This document shows positions 36,244-46,896 of a stretch of DNA of 64,000 nt, in pieces; position 1 is the first letter of the stretch, and every line of letters starts with the position of its first letter. A program made the position numbers and the translations under genes. Location of the stretch: the NCBI GenBank assembly GCA_964605525.1, contig CAZSCV010000001.1, positions 172,645 to 236,644 of the forward strand, given 5' to 3'. The notes under the pieces were generated by a model that searched no databases, was not told where the DNA came from, and saw nothing but the letters and a program-made list of their open reading frames with translations. The stretch is from an uncultured Bdellovibrionales bacterium (GTDB taxonomy: Bacteria > Patescibacteriota > Minisyncoccia > Moranbacterales > UBA9337).

Positions 36244-37251
36244 ATGAAAAAAAGGATTATATTGTTACTTGTGTTTATCGCGGTGTTTGCCGTGGTTGGT
36301 GCGACCAAGATAAAGGCGGGGGTCAATGATAATGCTATTGGATGGCTTTGGGGTGGCGGTACGGAAGCAGATGGAGTTTTTCCGGGAGATGGAACTAGCA
36401 CTAATGTCAGATGGCTCAGTATGAATAATACTAATAATTCCGGAGCGGTTGATTATGGCGTTAATATTCCAATGACTGATGGTGAATTGTCCGGAGAAGC
36501 TTGGAGTGGAGGAGATGATTCCGGTTCCGGCCTGGGATATGTTACGTTTGACGCTTCTCGATTGGGAGGATGTCCTTCCGGGGCTTGCAGTTCCAGGAGG
36601 GTTGGAAATAATGTAGAAGGCTGGGCGAGGCTTGAGCAAATTGCAGCCGCCAATGCGGCAGGAAATTCTGGCGGATGGCTAGGGTGGATCAGCTTGAGCG
36701 GAACAGCACAAGACGGATCTTCTTACGGAGTTTCCATAGATCCTTCGACGAATACTTTTTCCGGTTTTGCTTGGTCGGATGAATTGGGATGGATTGATTT
36801 TTCCGGTGCTGGCTTCGAAGCGCCAAAAGTTTTGAATGTTAACCTATCCGCTTCCCCGAATTCTTGCGTCGGATGCTCATCACTGACCTCAACCCTCACA
36901 GCTTCCAGAGAGGATACTTCAACAACCGCCGGCGATATTACGTATGAATTTAATTGTAATGAAAGCGATGGAGTTTATGATGTTTCCTATACCACAACAG
37001 ACACTAGTAAATCATATGATTGTACTTATGCGTCTACTGGAACGGCGCAGGTGAGGATTTCCCAGGGCGGAAAAACTGAAACAAGAACAGTTAATGTGAG
37101 TGTGCTTCCGATAGTTTGCGGGGATGGAATTGTGAGTGCCGGAGAGGGATGTGATGATGGCGCAAACAACGGATCTTGCCCGGCTTTGTGCGGCGTATTA
37201 TGCGAGGTTAATACCTGTATTGATAGTTCCTGGAGAGAAGTAGCGCCGTAA
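36244..37251 (+). CDS. secreted Gly/Trp-rich protein with C-terminal DUF4215-like Cys repeat
   Basis: Signal peptide; repeated GW(L/I) motifs; C-terminal CGDGIVSAGEGCDDGANNGSC. Confidence 0.5.
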   Translation: MKKRIILLLVFIAVFAVVGATKIKAGVNDNAIGWLWGGGTEADGVFPGDGTSTNVRWLSMNNTNNSGAVDYGVNIPMTDGELSGEAWSGGDDSGSGLGYVTFDASRLGGCPSGACSSRRVGNNVEGWARLEQIAAANAAGNSGGWLGWISLSGTAQDGSSYGVSIDPSTNTFSGFAWSDELGWIDFSGAGFEAPKVLNVNLSASPNSCVGCSSLTSTLTASREDTSTTAGDITYEFNCNESDGVYDVSYTTTDTSKSYDCTYASTGTAQVRISQGGKTETRTVNVSVLPIVCGDGIVSAGEGCDDGANNGSCPALCGVLCEVNTCIDSSWREVAP

Positions 37252-37300
37252 AAATAAATAAAGATAAAATATAATTTTTTTATTATCTAAATCAAGCAAA

Positions 37301-37972
37301 ATGAAAACAACAAAAAAATCTTCCAGAAATAGTTTAATTCAAAATATCAAATGGCTTTCTTTCTCCCTGGTTCTTGGTCTTTTACTTGGAGGAGGAATGG
37401 CAATAGTTAGCGCTTGGACAGATCCGGCAGCTGCTCCTCCGGGAGGAAACATCGGAGCACCAATCAATACAGGAAACACCGGACAATCAAAAGGTGGAAA
37501 TCTGGTTCTGAATGCTTCCGGAACATGGGCTAATGGTTTGATTGTGGCAAATGGGAATGTGGGAATCGGGACAGTAGCTCCGACCCAGAAATTGGATGTG
37601 GTTGGGAACATAAGAACCAATGCTAAGATGCAATCGAATCAATATTGCGATGCGGCAGGGAATAATTGCAAGGCAATAACGAATACTCAAAACAGGGTAA
37701 TTGGAACCTGTCCTGTCGGACAAAGCATCCGGACGGTCAACGCCGACGGAACGGTCGTGTGTGAGGTGGATGATTCAGGCGCTACATATATGACGGGAGG
37801 TTTGTATGGGATATGCACTTCGTTTAATGATTCGACTAACGCATCTTGTTCCGCAGTTGCATCACCGGCAACTTGTGTTTCTAATACATGTGTCTGTCCA
37901 TCAGGTTTTTTAGCTAAACCAATAGGCCCGGCTGTTGATTATAGAACTTATTATTCATGCGTGAAGCAATAG
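37301..37972 (+). CDS. secreted/membrane-anchored protein, paralogue B
   Basis: N-terminal ~95 aa near-identical to 35357..; divergent Cys-rich C-terminus sharing YCDxxGxNCKAIT. Confidence 0.5.
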   Translation: MKTTKKSSRNSLIQNIKWLSFSLVLGLLLGGGMAIVSAWTDPAAAPPGGNIGAPINTGNTGQSKGGNLVLNASGTWANGLIVANGNVGIGTVAPTQKLDVVGNIRTNAKMQSNQYCDAAGNNCKAITNTQNRVIGTCPVGQSIRTVNADGTVVCEVDDSGATYMTGGLYGICTSFNDSTNASCSAVASPATCVSNTCVCPSGFLAKPIGPAVDYRTYYSCVKQ

Positions 37973-38106
37973 TTTTTCGGATGTTTCGCAGTTTTGGAAT
38001 AAAATTGAAAAAGTAATCGCAGGACGCGGATAGTTTTATCCGATAAAGCGGACCCCCTGGAAACGGTCCGCTTTATTTTTTTTTGTTTATGCGGTAGGAT
38101 GAAAAT

Positions 38107-39696
38107 ATGAAAAAAGAACTGGAAAAAATTATCCAAAAATTAGTAAAAGATTTGTTCGGATTGGAGCAGGTTGGTTTTGCGGTGGATTATCCGAAAGATG
38201 AGAAATTCGGGGATTATTCGACGAATGTCGCGATGGTTTTGGCAGGCAGATTGAAAAAAAATCCTATTCAAATCGCTGAAATTATAAAATCAAAACTGAG
38301 CTTCGATTTCATAGACAAAATAGAAATCGTTGCTCCTGGATATATCAATTTTTATTTATCTCCAGAATATTTTCAAAATAAAGTAAAAGAAATAAATGAG
38401 AAAAAAGAAGAATATGGAAATAGCAATGTTGGAGAAAATAAAAAATTTTTAATCGAATTTGTTAGTGCTAATCCGACCGGACCGATTCATTTGGGAAACG
38501 CCAGAGGAGGACCGCTGGGCGACGCGCTGGCGAATGTTTTGAAAAAAAGCAATCATCAAGTCAAAAAGGAATATTATGTGAATGATTTTGGCAATCAAGT
38601 TTTGATGCTGGGACATTCTATTTTGAAAGACGAGCAAGCTCAATATCGGGGGGATTATGTGGATGATTTGGCTTTGCAAAAAGACAAAGAAATGAATGAT
38701 CCGATGGAAGTTGGAAACTGGGGAGCGAATGTGATTTTGGAAAAATTTATCAAGCCGACTTGTGAAGGTTTGGGAGTGGATTTTGACGGCTGGTTTTCGG
38801 AAAAAAGCTTGCATACAAGTGGAAAAGTCGATGAAATTGTTCAAATGCTCCGTGAAAAAAATTTGATATATGAAAAAGACGGGGCGGTTTGGTTCAAATC
38901 AACTGAATTTGGTGATGACAAGGACAGGGTCCTGATTAAATCGAACGGTTTTAAAACTTATTCGGCGACTGATTTCGCGTACCATAAAAATAAAATCGAA
39001 AGAGGTTTTGACAAACTGATAAATATCCAGGGAGCGGACCATCACAAACAAGCAGAGGTAGTGAAATCTTTTGTGGAAAATTTTCTGCACGAAGGAAAAA
39101 AATTGGATTTGATTATGACACAAATTGTGCGCGTTATTAAGGATGGAAAAGAAATAAAAATGTCAAAGAGAAAAGGGATATATTTTGCGCTTGATGATCT
39201 TTTGGAGGAGGTTGGAAAAGACGCAGTCAGATTTATTTTTACTTCCTATTCCCCAACGAGTCATATTAATTTTGATTTGAATTTGGCGCTGGAGCGCAGT
39301 GAAAAAAATCCGGTATTTTATGTCCAATACGCGCACGCGCGGATTTGTTCTATTTTGAAGAAAGCGGAAGATGATGAAGCGGGCGAGCGTAATAAAAACA
39401 AAGAAAGAGTGGAATTGTCGCTTCTTGCGCATGAAAAAGAAATGAGTTTGATGCGGGAGCTGGAAAAGTTTCCGGAATTGATCAAGGAAATATCCCGGAC
39501 ATACGAAGTGCACAAATTGCCGCATTATGCCGTCGGTTTGGCGGATAAATTTCATTCTTTTTATGCGGTGTGCAAAGTAAATGATGCGGATAATGCCGAA
39601 CTTTCTTTGGCTAGACAAGAGCTGATAAAAGCTGTTAAAATAGTGCTATCAGAAGCGCTGAGATTGATTGGAGTGAGCGCGCCCGAATCAATGTGA
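38107..39696 (+). CDS. argS: arginine--tRNA ligase
   Basis: FVSANPTGPIHLGNARGG; KMSKRKG; C-terminal DALR anticodon-binding domain. Confidence 0.9.
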   Translation: MKKELEKIIQKLVKDLFGLEQVGFAVDYPKDEKFGDYSTNVAMVLAGRLKKNPIQIAEIIKSKLSFDFIDKIEIVAPGYINFYLSPEYFQNKVKEINEKKEEYGNSNVGENKKFLIEFVSANPTGPIHLGNARGGPLGDALANVLKKSNHQVKKEYYVNDFGNQVLMLGHSILKDEQAQYRGDYVDDLALQKDKEMNDPMEVGNWGANVILEKFIKPTCEGLGVDFDGWFSEKSLHTSGKVDEIVQMLREKNLIYEKDGAVWFKSTEFGDDKDRVLIKSNGFKTYSATDFAYHKNKIERGFDKLINIQGADHHKQAEVVKSFVENFLHEGKKLDLIMTQIVRVIKDGKEIKMSKRKGIYFALDDLLEEVGKDAVRFIFTSYSPTSHINFDLNLALERSEKNPVFYVQYAHARICSILKKAEDDEAGERNKNKERVELSLLAHEKEMSLMRELEKFPELIKEISRTYEVHKLPHYAVGLADKFHSFYAVCKVNDADNAELSLARQELIKAVKIVLSEALRLIGVSAPESM

Positions 39697-39733
39697 AAAT
39701 AGGACAAATAGGACAAATAAGACATATAAAATT

Positions 39734-40909
39734 ATGAGAATTGGAATTGACGCAAGAACAATTTTAAATCCGGAAAAAGGCGACGCAATCGGGGTCGGAC
39801 ATTATACTTTTCAACTGATTCGCCATCTTCTGGAAATTGATCGCGAAAATGAATACGTTTTGTTTTTTGATTTTCGCGTCAGAGAAAAAGATGTGAAGAA
39901 ATTCACCCGACCAAATGTGAAAATAAAGTTTTATCCTTTTTCCGATTACAAAAAATATTTGCCTGGAGCATATAGTGAAATTTTGGGAACAGCTACTTTG
40001 CAAAAAGAAAAATTGGATGTTTTGCATTCAACTTCGCCTTCCAGCCGGATTCCTTTGGGGTACAAAGGAAAGACCGTAGTGACGTTTAATGATTTGGGAG
40101 TATATAAAATTCCGGGTTGTTTTTCTGCTATCTCCAGAAGTCGGGACAAGGCGGTGTATAATCTGATGGAAAGCAAGGCGGACAAGATTATCGCAGTTTC
40201 ACAGTCGATGAAAAAAGATTTGCAGTCGGTTTTCAAAACAAAGGATGAAAAAATAGAGGTTATTTACAGCGGGCTGGACCGGAGGTTTTTTGAAATTCCG
40301 GATATTAATGCGAAAAAAGTTTTGGATCGTTATGGAATTAAAAGAAAATATATTTTATTTCTGGGAACTCTTGAACCAAGTAAAAACATTACCAGGCTCT
40401 TGCAGGCATTTGCAAAATTCAAAGAAAAGAGTTTGTTGAAAAACAAGCAGACGGACGGAAAAAAATTCAAATATCAATTGGTGCTGGCAGGAAAAAGAGG
40501 GTGGCTTTCAAGAGAATATTTGCAAATCGCCAAGGATTTGGGAATTGCCCGAGATATTGTTTATACCGGTTATATTATCGGAGACGAACTTGTGCCCTTG
40601 TTTTCCGGAGCTGAATTTTTTGTGATGCCGTCATTATATGAAGGATTCGGAATGACGATTCTGGAAGCATTTGCCACCGGAACTCCAGCAATTGTTTCTA
40701 ATGTTTCTTCAATTCCGGAAATTGCCGGCGACGCGGCACTTTTGGTCAATCCACTGGATGTCAATGAAATAGCGGAAGCGATTTGGGAGTTTTCACAAAA
40801 TGAGAATTTGAGGGAAAAATACAAACAACGCGGACTTGAGAGGGCGAAAGATTTTAATTGGGAAAAATGCGCCCGTGAAACGCTCGAAGTGTATAAATCA
40901 TTGAAATAA
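39734..40909 (+). CDS. family 4 glycosyltransferase
   Basis: EGFGMTILEAFATGTPAIVSNVSSIPEIAGDAALLV. Confidence 0.8.
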   Translation: MRIGIDARTILNPEKGDAIGVGHYTFQLIRHLLEIDRENEYVLFFDFRVREKDVKKFTRPNVKIKFYPFSDYKKYLPGAYSEILGTATLQKEKLDVLHSTSPSSRIPLGYKGKTVVTFNDLGVYKIPGCFSAISRSRDKAVYNLMESKADKIIAVSQSMKKDLQSVFKTKDEKIEVIYSGLDRRFFEIPDINAKKVLDRYGIKRKYILFLGTLEPSKNITRLLQAFAKFKEKSLLKNKQTDGKKFKYQLVLAGKRGWLSREYLQIAKDLGIARDIVYTGYIIGDELVPLFSGAEFFVMPSLYEGFGMTILEAFATGTPAIVSNVSSIPEIAGDAALLVNPLDVNEIAEAIWEFSQNENLREKYKQRGLERAKDFNWEKCARETLEVYKSLK

Positions 40910-40916
40910 TTTATTT

Positions 40917-43784
40917 ATGTTTAAAAAGGTTGATCCAAGAAAAAAATATTCAGAGATGGAAAAAGAAATTATTAGTTTTTGGAGAGAAGACGAAACTTTT
41001 AAAAAGTCAGTGGAACAAAGAGAGGGAAAAGATGCTTATGTTTTTTATGATGGACCTCCTTTTATTACGGGTGTGCCGCACTATGGAACATTACTTTCTT
41101 CGATCGTGAAAGACGCAGTGCCGCGCTATTGGACTATGAAAGGTAAGCGAGTTGAAAGACGCTGGGGTTGGGATTGCCATGGTTTGCCGGCAGAAAATTT
41201 GGTAGAAAAAAAATTAGGCATCAAAGATAAGAGGGATATTCCCAAGATCGGCTTGGAAAAATATATTCAAACTTGCCGCAGTGAAATGGTGCAAGGCGGT
41301 TCGCTGTGGGAAGATACAATTGAACGAATCGGCCGTTGGGTTGAATTTAAAAATGCCTATAAAACCATGGACAAAGAATATATGGAAAGTGTGTGGTGGG
41401 CATTCAAGCAATTGTATGAGAAAGGCAAAATTTACGAAGGTGAAAAAGTTTTGATGTATTGTACGCGATGTGCTACGCCGATTTCTAAGGCTGAAGTATC
41501 TATGGATGATAGCTACAAGATTGTCACTGATCCATCGGTCTATGTAAAATTCAAGCTTGAGGGCGAGGAAAATAAATATTTACTAGCTTGGACAACTACT
41601 CCTTGGACATTGCCGGCGAATAGCGCTATCGCTTTGAATAAAGCAATAAAGTATGCCGAAGTAGAATACAACGGAGAAATACTAATCATGGCGGAATCAT
41701 TAATTGAGAAGATTATGACCAATGAAAAGCATGAACCCTTGGAATACAAAAAATTAGCTACTTATGATGGAGAAAAGCTGGTTGGAAAAAGTTATGAACC
41801 ACTATTTGATGTAGAAATAAACAAAGGAAACGCTTTTAAAATTTGGCATGCGGATTTTGTGCATGAGGATGGTGGAACCGGTATAGCGCATGAAGCCCCA
41901 GCTTATGGCGAAGAAGATTACGAATTAAGTAAGAAAAATAATATTCCGTGGATTATGGCTACGGATGAAAATGGAAATTATCTTTCCGGCAGATGGCAAG
42001 GTCAGAATGTTTGGGAAACAAATAAAGAAATTGCTAAGACACTAACAGCTGAGGGAGAAGTTTTGAAGATTGATTATATTCAACATGATTATCCTCATTG
42101 TCATCGGTGTGCAACGAAACTGATGTATCGGGCGCATCCAAGTTGGTTTATGGATATTGATGGACAACGAAAGGAGATGTTGACCGAGAATGAAAACATT
42201 AATTGGTTTCCGGCGCATTTCAAAGAGAAGAGATTCAAAAATATTATGGAGACTGCTCCGGACTGGAACTTGAGTCGGGATCGTTTTTGGGCGACACCAA
42301 TTCCGGTTTGGCGCGGGACAAAATCTGACGGAACGGTGGTGACAAAAGTTATTGGAAGCTATGGCGAACTCAAAGAGCTTTCCGGAAAAGAATTAGAAGA
42401 TTATCATTTGCCATATGTGGATAGCGTGACATTTGAAATTGATGGTGTGGAAATGAAGAGAATCGAGAAGGTTATGGATTGCTGGTTTGAATCAGGCTCA
42501 ATGCCTTTTGCTCAATTTCATTATCCGTTTGAAAATAAAGAAAAATTTGAAGCTAATTTTCCCGGAGATTTCATCTCGGAATATGTCGGTCAAGTGCGGG
42601 CTTGGTTTTATTATTTACATGCAATATCTGTTGGAATTTTTGGAAAAGAGGCTTTTAAAAATGTTATCGTGACAGGCACAATCGCTGGATCTGATGGCAA
42701 AAAAATGTCGAAGTCTCTAGGAAATTATACAGATCCAAATATATTGTTAGATCAATACAGTGCTGATGCTTTGCGATATTTATTGCTAAATTCTCCATTG
42801 CTAAATGGTGATGATTTTGCCTTGATTGATAAAGATGTTTCTGATATTCAGAGAAAACTAGGAACTCTGTGGAATAGTTATGGCTTTCTTGTAATGTATG
42901 CCAATGTGGATAATTGGTCGCCAAAAAGTGAGAAGGAAAAAACAGAAGCCGCAAATCTTTTAGATAAGTGGATTATATCAAAATTGCATAAACTAATTAA
43001 AACTGTAGATGAGAATATGGTGGCTTATGATTTGCCAAATGCCACCAAGCCGATGATGGATTTCATTGATGAGTTGTCCAACTGGTATATTCGCCGATCG
43101 CGCAAAAGGTTTTGGAAAAGCGAGGATGATAGTGATAAAAATGGTGCTTATCAAACTTTGCATTATGTTTTGGTGGAATTGTCTAAAGTTATGGCGCCAT
43201 TTACGCCTTTTATTGCGGAAGAGATTTATAAGAATTTAACTAATGGCGAATCCGTACATTTGGCTGATTTTCCAGTGGCGGATGAAAGCTTGATTGACGA
43301 AGATCTAAATGAAAAAATGCATAACACCAGAAGCATTATCACTGAAGCGTTGCAATTGCGCGCAAAGAACAGTCTTAAAGTTCGGCAACCATTATCTGAA
43401 TTAATAATCACGGGCTATGAAACGCAAGAAGGCTTTATGGAAATTATGGAGGAAGAGGTGAATGTTAAAAAAGTTGTTGTTAAAACAGGCATGGAGAAAA
43501 AAGTTGAATTAAATACTGAATTAACTCCGGAATTAATTCTCGAAGGCCAAGCCCGTGAAATCATACGGTTCATCCAGGAAATGCGAAAAGAGGCGGGATA
43601 TGAGGTTGACAACCGCATCGAAGTGTGCTATTCTGGAGCGTTGGATGTTTTTGAAAAATTTGGTTCTTTGATAACTAAAGAAGTGCTGGCAGACAAACTG
43701 TCTGCGGAAAAATTGAAAAAAACAGACCTGCAAAAAGAATTCGATCTGGACGGCGAAAAAATCCAAATCGGAATTTACAGATAA
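40917..43784 (+). CDS. ileS: isoleucine--tRNA ligase
   Basis: DGPPFITGVPHYGT...WGWDCHGLPAE; KKMSKSLGN. Confidence 0.9.
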   Translation: MFKKVDPRKKYSEMEKEIISFWREDETFKKSVEQREGKDAYVFYDGPPFITGVPHYGTLLSSIVKDAVPRYWTMKGKRVERRWGWDCHGLPAENLVEKKLGIKDKRDIPKIGLEKYIQTCRSEMVQGGSLWEDTIERIGRWVEFKNAYKTMDKEYMESVWWAFKQLYEKGKIYEGEKVLMYCTRCATPISKAEVSMDDSYKIVTDPSVYVKFKLEGEENKYLLAWTTTPWTLPANSAIALNKAIKYAEVEYNGEILIMAESLIEKIMTNEKHEPLEYKKLATYDGEKLVGKSYEPLFDVEINKGNAFKIWHADFVHEDGGTGIAHEAPAYGEEDYELSKKNNIPWIMATDENGNYLSGRWQGQNVWETNKEIAKTLTAEGEVLKIDYIQHDYPHCHRCATKLMYRAHPSWFMDIDGQRKEMLTENENINWFPAHFKEKRFKNIMETAPDWNLSRDRFWATPIPVWRGTKSDGTVVTKVIGSYGELKELSGKELEDYHLPYVDSVTFEIDGVEMKRIEKVMDCWFESGSMPFAQFHYPFENKEKFEANFPGDFISEYVGQVRAWFYYLHAISVGIFGKEAFKNVIVTGTIAGSDGKKMSKSLGNYTDPNILLDQYSADALRYLLLNSPLLNGDDFALIDKDVSDIQRKLGTLWNSYGFLVMYANVDNWSPKSEKEKTEAANLLDKWIISKLHKLIKTVDENMVAYDLPNATKPMMDFIDELSNWYIRRSRKRFWKSEDDSDKNGAYQTLHYVLVELSKVMAPFTPFIAEEIYKNLTNGESVHLADFPVADESLIDEDLNEKMHNTRSIITEALQLRAKNSLKVRQPLSELIITGYETQEGFMEIMEEEVNVKKVVVKTGMEKKVELNTELTPELILEGQAREIIRFIQEMRKEAGYEVDNRIEVCYSGALDVFEKFGSLITKEVLADKLSAEKLKKTDLQKEFDLDGEKIQIGIYR

Positions 43785-43823
43785 GATCCTATCTTCACAA
43801 CAAAAAAATAAGGAGTAGAAGGA

Positions 43824-44006
43824 ATGAATAGAACAACGTGGGGGATTATTATGCTCGTGGTGATGGTTCTCGCATTTCTGGCGGGATATCATTGGCCGTT
43901 TTTTACTCCGGAGATTGAGATTCTTTCGAGGGAGATATCCTCCGGATTCACGGCGGTTTTTGGTTCGATTTTCGTGCTTTCCGGCGTGGAGAGACTTCTT
44001 TTTTAA
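43824..44006 (+). CDS. small membrane protein (60 aa)
   Basis: RBS aaggagtagaagga; two hydrophobic helices. Confidence 0.3.
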   Translation: MNRTTWGIIMLVVMVLAFLAGYHWPFFTPEIEILSREISSGFTAVFGSIFVLSGVERLLF

Positions 44007-44027
44007 ATTTTTTCAAAGGAGGTGTCG

Positions 44028-44072
44028 AGGCTTGGCTTCACGTAATGTGAAGTTGAGCCTTTTTTATTTTTT
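44028..44072 (+). terminator. Rho-independent terminator
   Basis: aggcttggcttcac-gtaat-gtgaagttgagcct followed by ttttttatttttt. Confidence 0.6.
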
Positions 44073-44111
44073 GGAAATTTTATAATATTTTTCTAAGAAC
44101 CCTCACCCCAA

Positions 44112-44132
44112 CCCTCTCCCAGAGGGAGAGGG
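44112..44132. other. perfect GC-rich hairpin ccctctccc-aga-gggagaggg upstream of recO
   Basis: 9-bp perfect inverted repeat in an otherwise AT-rich intergenic region. Confidence 0.5.
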
Positions 44133-44187
44133 GAAAATAATGCTATGATAATAGAATATTGAGATGTTAGTATGTTAAAATGATTTT

Positions 44188-44907
44188 ATGGAATACAAAT
44201 ACACAGGAATTGTTTTGGGAAAATATGATGTCGGGGAAACCGATCGGATTTATGTTATTTATACTTTGGAGCAGGGAAAAATCCGCACCCTTGCCAAGGG
44301 TGTGCGAAAAATGCAAGCCAGGCTCGCCGGACAATTGGAGAATTTCAATCTGGTTGATGTTTTAATTGCGCGCAACAAAGGAATGGGGAAAATAAAATCG
44401 GCAATTGCGGAGAAAAATTTTTCCAATATTAAAAATGAATTGAAATTGCTGGAAAAGGTTTTCGAAGTATTCAGGATAGCTGGCCGCTTGATTGATGATG
44501 AACAAAAAGACGAAGATATTTTTTATTTGTTTTTGAGATACTTGAATTTGCTGGATAAAATTCAGACAGAGGATGATCCGTTGTTTTTTCGCGTAGCCAG
44601 TCAGGGATTTTTGTACCAATTTTTTTCTTTAACGGGATATGGGATTGAGGTAGGCAGATGCGCTTTGTGCCAAGAAAAAATAGCTCCCGGAGGAAATTTT
44701 TTCAGCGCGCGCCATGGAGGAATTGTCTGCGCCGAGTGCGGACAAAAAGTGGCGGAGAAAATCCAAGTGAGCGATAGCGCTATCAAGGCGATGCGGATTT
44801 TTTCTTCAAGCAGTCTGGAATCTTTGGCAAAATTAAAAATAGAAAAAGAAAAAATAATCGAATTGGAAAAAATAAGCAGCTTATTCCATCAATGGATTTC
44901 CGGATAA
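44188..44907 (+). CDS. recO: DNA repair protein RecO
   Basis: OB-fold N-terminus; C-terminal CALCQ...CAECG zinc finger. Confidence 0.8.
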   Translation: MEYKYTGIVLGKYDVGETDRIYVIYTLEQGKIRTLAKGVRKMQARLAGQLENFNLVDVLIARNKGMGKIKSAIAEKNFSNIKNELKLLEKVFEVFRIAGRLIDDEQKDEDIFYLFLRYLNLLDKIQTEDDPLFFRVASQGFLYQFFSLTGYGIEVGRCALCQEKIAPGGNFFSARHGGIVCAECGQKVAEKIQVSDSAIKAMRIFSSSSLESLAKLKIEKEKIIELEKISSLFHQWISG

Positions 44908-44974
44908 CTTCATGTTTCTTGTTAAATGTAAAATTTTTTAGTAAAATAAGTACAGTTAAAAATAAAAAAACAAA

Positions 44975-46879
44975 ATGTCACTAGATAATTTAAACGAAAA
45001 AATAAACGACCCTAACACAGAAATTGATAATAAGGAATTTTTTGGAGAAAACAAGGGTTTGGCAGAAAATAATTTTCAATCATCTGGCGAAAGAAAATGG
45101 AATCGGATAGCTAGTTGGCTGGACGATGAGACGCTTAGGATTATCAAACTTTTTGGAATGGTTCTTGGCGTGTTATTTTTATTGGGAGCGATTGCTTATG
45201 GAGTTTTCAGATATAGCCAAACAGCCTTCAGCGAGGATCGGGTGATAGTGGAAGTGGAAGGTCCGGTGGAAATAAACAGCGCTGAGATAATAAAATACAA
45301 AATAAAATACAAAAATAACAATCGCGCCGACCTTAATAACGCGGAACTTGCTATCAGTTATCCGGAAAATTTCAAGCCTGAGGGAAATTCCAATTTTGAG
45401 TCCGAGGGTGAAAATAATAGCCGGATTAAATTAGGAAAAATAAAATCCAAAAGTGAAGGGTCTGTTGAAATTCAGGGAAGATTTTACGCGCCAATCAATT
45501 ATACGTTAATAATAAAAGCTTCTCTTAAGTATGTTCCGTCCAATTTCAGCAGTTCGTTCCAGTCTGATGGTCAAAAAGGACTGGATGTGAAGACTTCTGC
45601 GGTAGAGGTTTCTATTGATGCCCCCAGGGAAGTTCTTAGTGAAAATAAAGTTGAATATATTATTGCGTATCAAAATACCAGCACTGTTTCATTTGATAAT
45701 TTGAAACTTAAGGTTTATTTTCCCGACGGGTTTGAAATTGGCGATTCGAGCGTTCCAATTTTCGAAGGAAGTGGTACTTGGAATATCGGAGGATTGGCTC
45801 CGGGTCAAAAAGGAGAAGTTAAGATAAGCGGAATTATTCGAGGTTCAAGAGGTGATGTGAAGTCAATAAAAGCGGTTATCGGGCAATCGAGGCAAGACAG
45901 GGAATTGCTTGTTTATGAAAGCCGGGAAGCAGTTTCCAAAATAGTCGCATTGCCGCTTTCTATTTCGCAAACAGTAAATGGACAAAAATCTTTGAATGTT
46001 AATCCTGGAGAAAGCTTGAAATATGAAATAAGCTATCGCAATGACGGAGATATCGGACTTCGGGATTTGATTTTAACGGTGAAAATAGATTCTCCTGTTC
46101 TGGATTTTTCAAAATTGAATTTGGGAGGCAAGGGTTCTTATGATGCTGATAAAAAGGAAATTTCATGGAAAGCTTCAGATTTTCCCCAATTGGCGAAAAT
46201 TGATCCAAATCAAGGTGAAACAATAAGTTTCTCTATTCCGGTAAAAGAAAAAATTGATGTCAACGGAAGTGGAGATAAAAATTTTTCAATTGAATCAGTT
46301 GCAAAAATAGACAGTCCTGACGTGACATATCCGGCGGTTGGAATTAATGAAAGTACGAGCCGGGCGATTGTGAAAATGAATTCAAAAGTTATTTTGGGAG
46401 TTGGAAGTTATTATAATAATTCCGATATCAAAACTTCCGGTCCGATTCCTCCCGTGGTAGGGCAGGAAACCGAGTATGTTATCCAATGGACAATTTCCAA
46501 TATTTCCAATGATATTGGAGATGTTTCGGCTATTGCTTCGCTTCCGACCGGGGCAAAATGGAAGGAAGAAATTTTTCCGAAGGACGAGAATGTGGAATAT
46601 AACAATAGAACCAATGAAATTGTTTGGAAACCGGGGAAAATTGATGCCGGAACAGGCGTTCTTAATCAGTCAAAAAGCGTAAGTTTCAAAATTTCAGTTG
46701 TTCCGCAGGTCAATCAAGTGGGAATGGCGGTTGCTCTTTTGGGAAAAACTACACTTAAGGCGAAAGACCTGTTTACCGGTGCGGATATAATTAAAGAATT
46801 CAGGGAAAAAAATTCTGAATTGGAAGATGATAGTAGTATTTCCTCTGATGGATATAAGGTTGTGGGAGAAAAAAATTAG
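44975..46879 (+). CDS. large membrane-anchored surface protein with DUF11-like conserved repeat domains
   Basis: N-terminal TM after an acidic leader; repeated ~100-aa beta-rich modules (ISYRNDGDIGLRDLILTVKID etc.). Confidence 0.45.
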   Translation: MSLDNLNEKINDPNTEIDNKEFFGENKGLAENNFQSSGERKWNRIASWLDDETLRIIKLFGMVLGVLFLLGAIAYGVFRYSQTAFSEDRVIVEVEGPVEINSAEIIKYKIKYKNNNRADLNNAELAISYPENFKPEGNSNFESEGENNSRIKLGKIKSKSEGSVEIQGRFYAPINYTLIIKASLKYVPSNFSSSFQSDGQKGLDVKTSAVEVSIDAPREVLSENKVEYIIAYQNTSTVSFDNLKLKVYFPDGFEIGDSSVPIFEGSGTWNIGGLAPGQKGEVKISGIIRGSRGDVKSIKAVIGQSRQDRELLVYESREAVSKIVALPLSISQTVNGQKSLNVNPGESLKYEISYRNDGDIGLRDLILTVKIDSPVLDFSKLNLGGKGSYDADKKEISWKASDFPQLAKIDPNQGETISFSIPVKEKIDVNGSGDKNFSIESVAKIDSPDVTYPAVGINESTSRAIVKMNSKVILGVGSYYNNSDIKTSGPIPPVVGQETEYVIQWTISNISNDIGDVSAIASLPTGAKWKEEIFPKDENVEYNNRTNEIVWKPGKIDAGTGVLNQSKSVSFKISVVPQVNQVGMAVALLGKTTLKAKDLFTGADIIKEFREKNSELEDDSSISSDGYKVVGEKN

Positions 46880-46896
46880 ATATTCTGATAAAAAAT

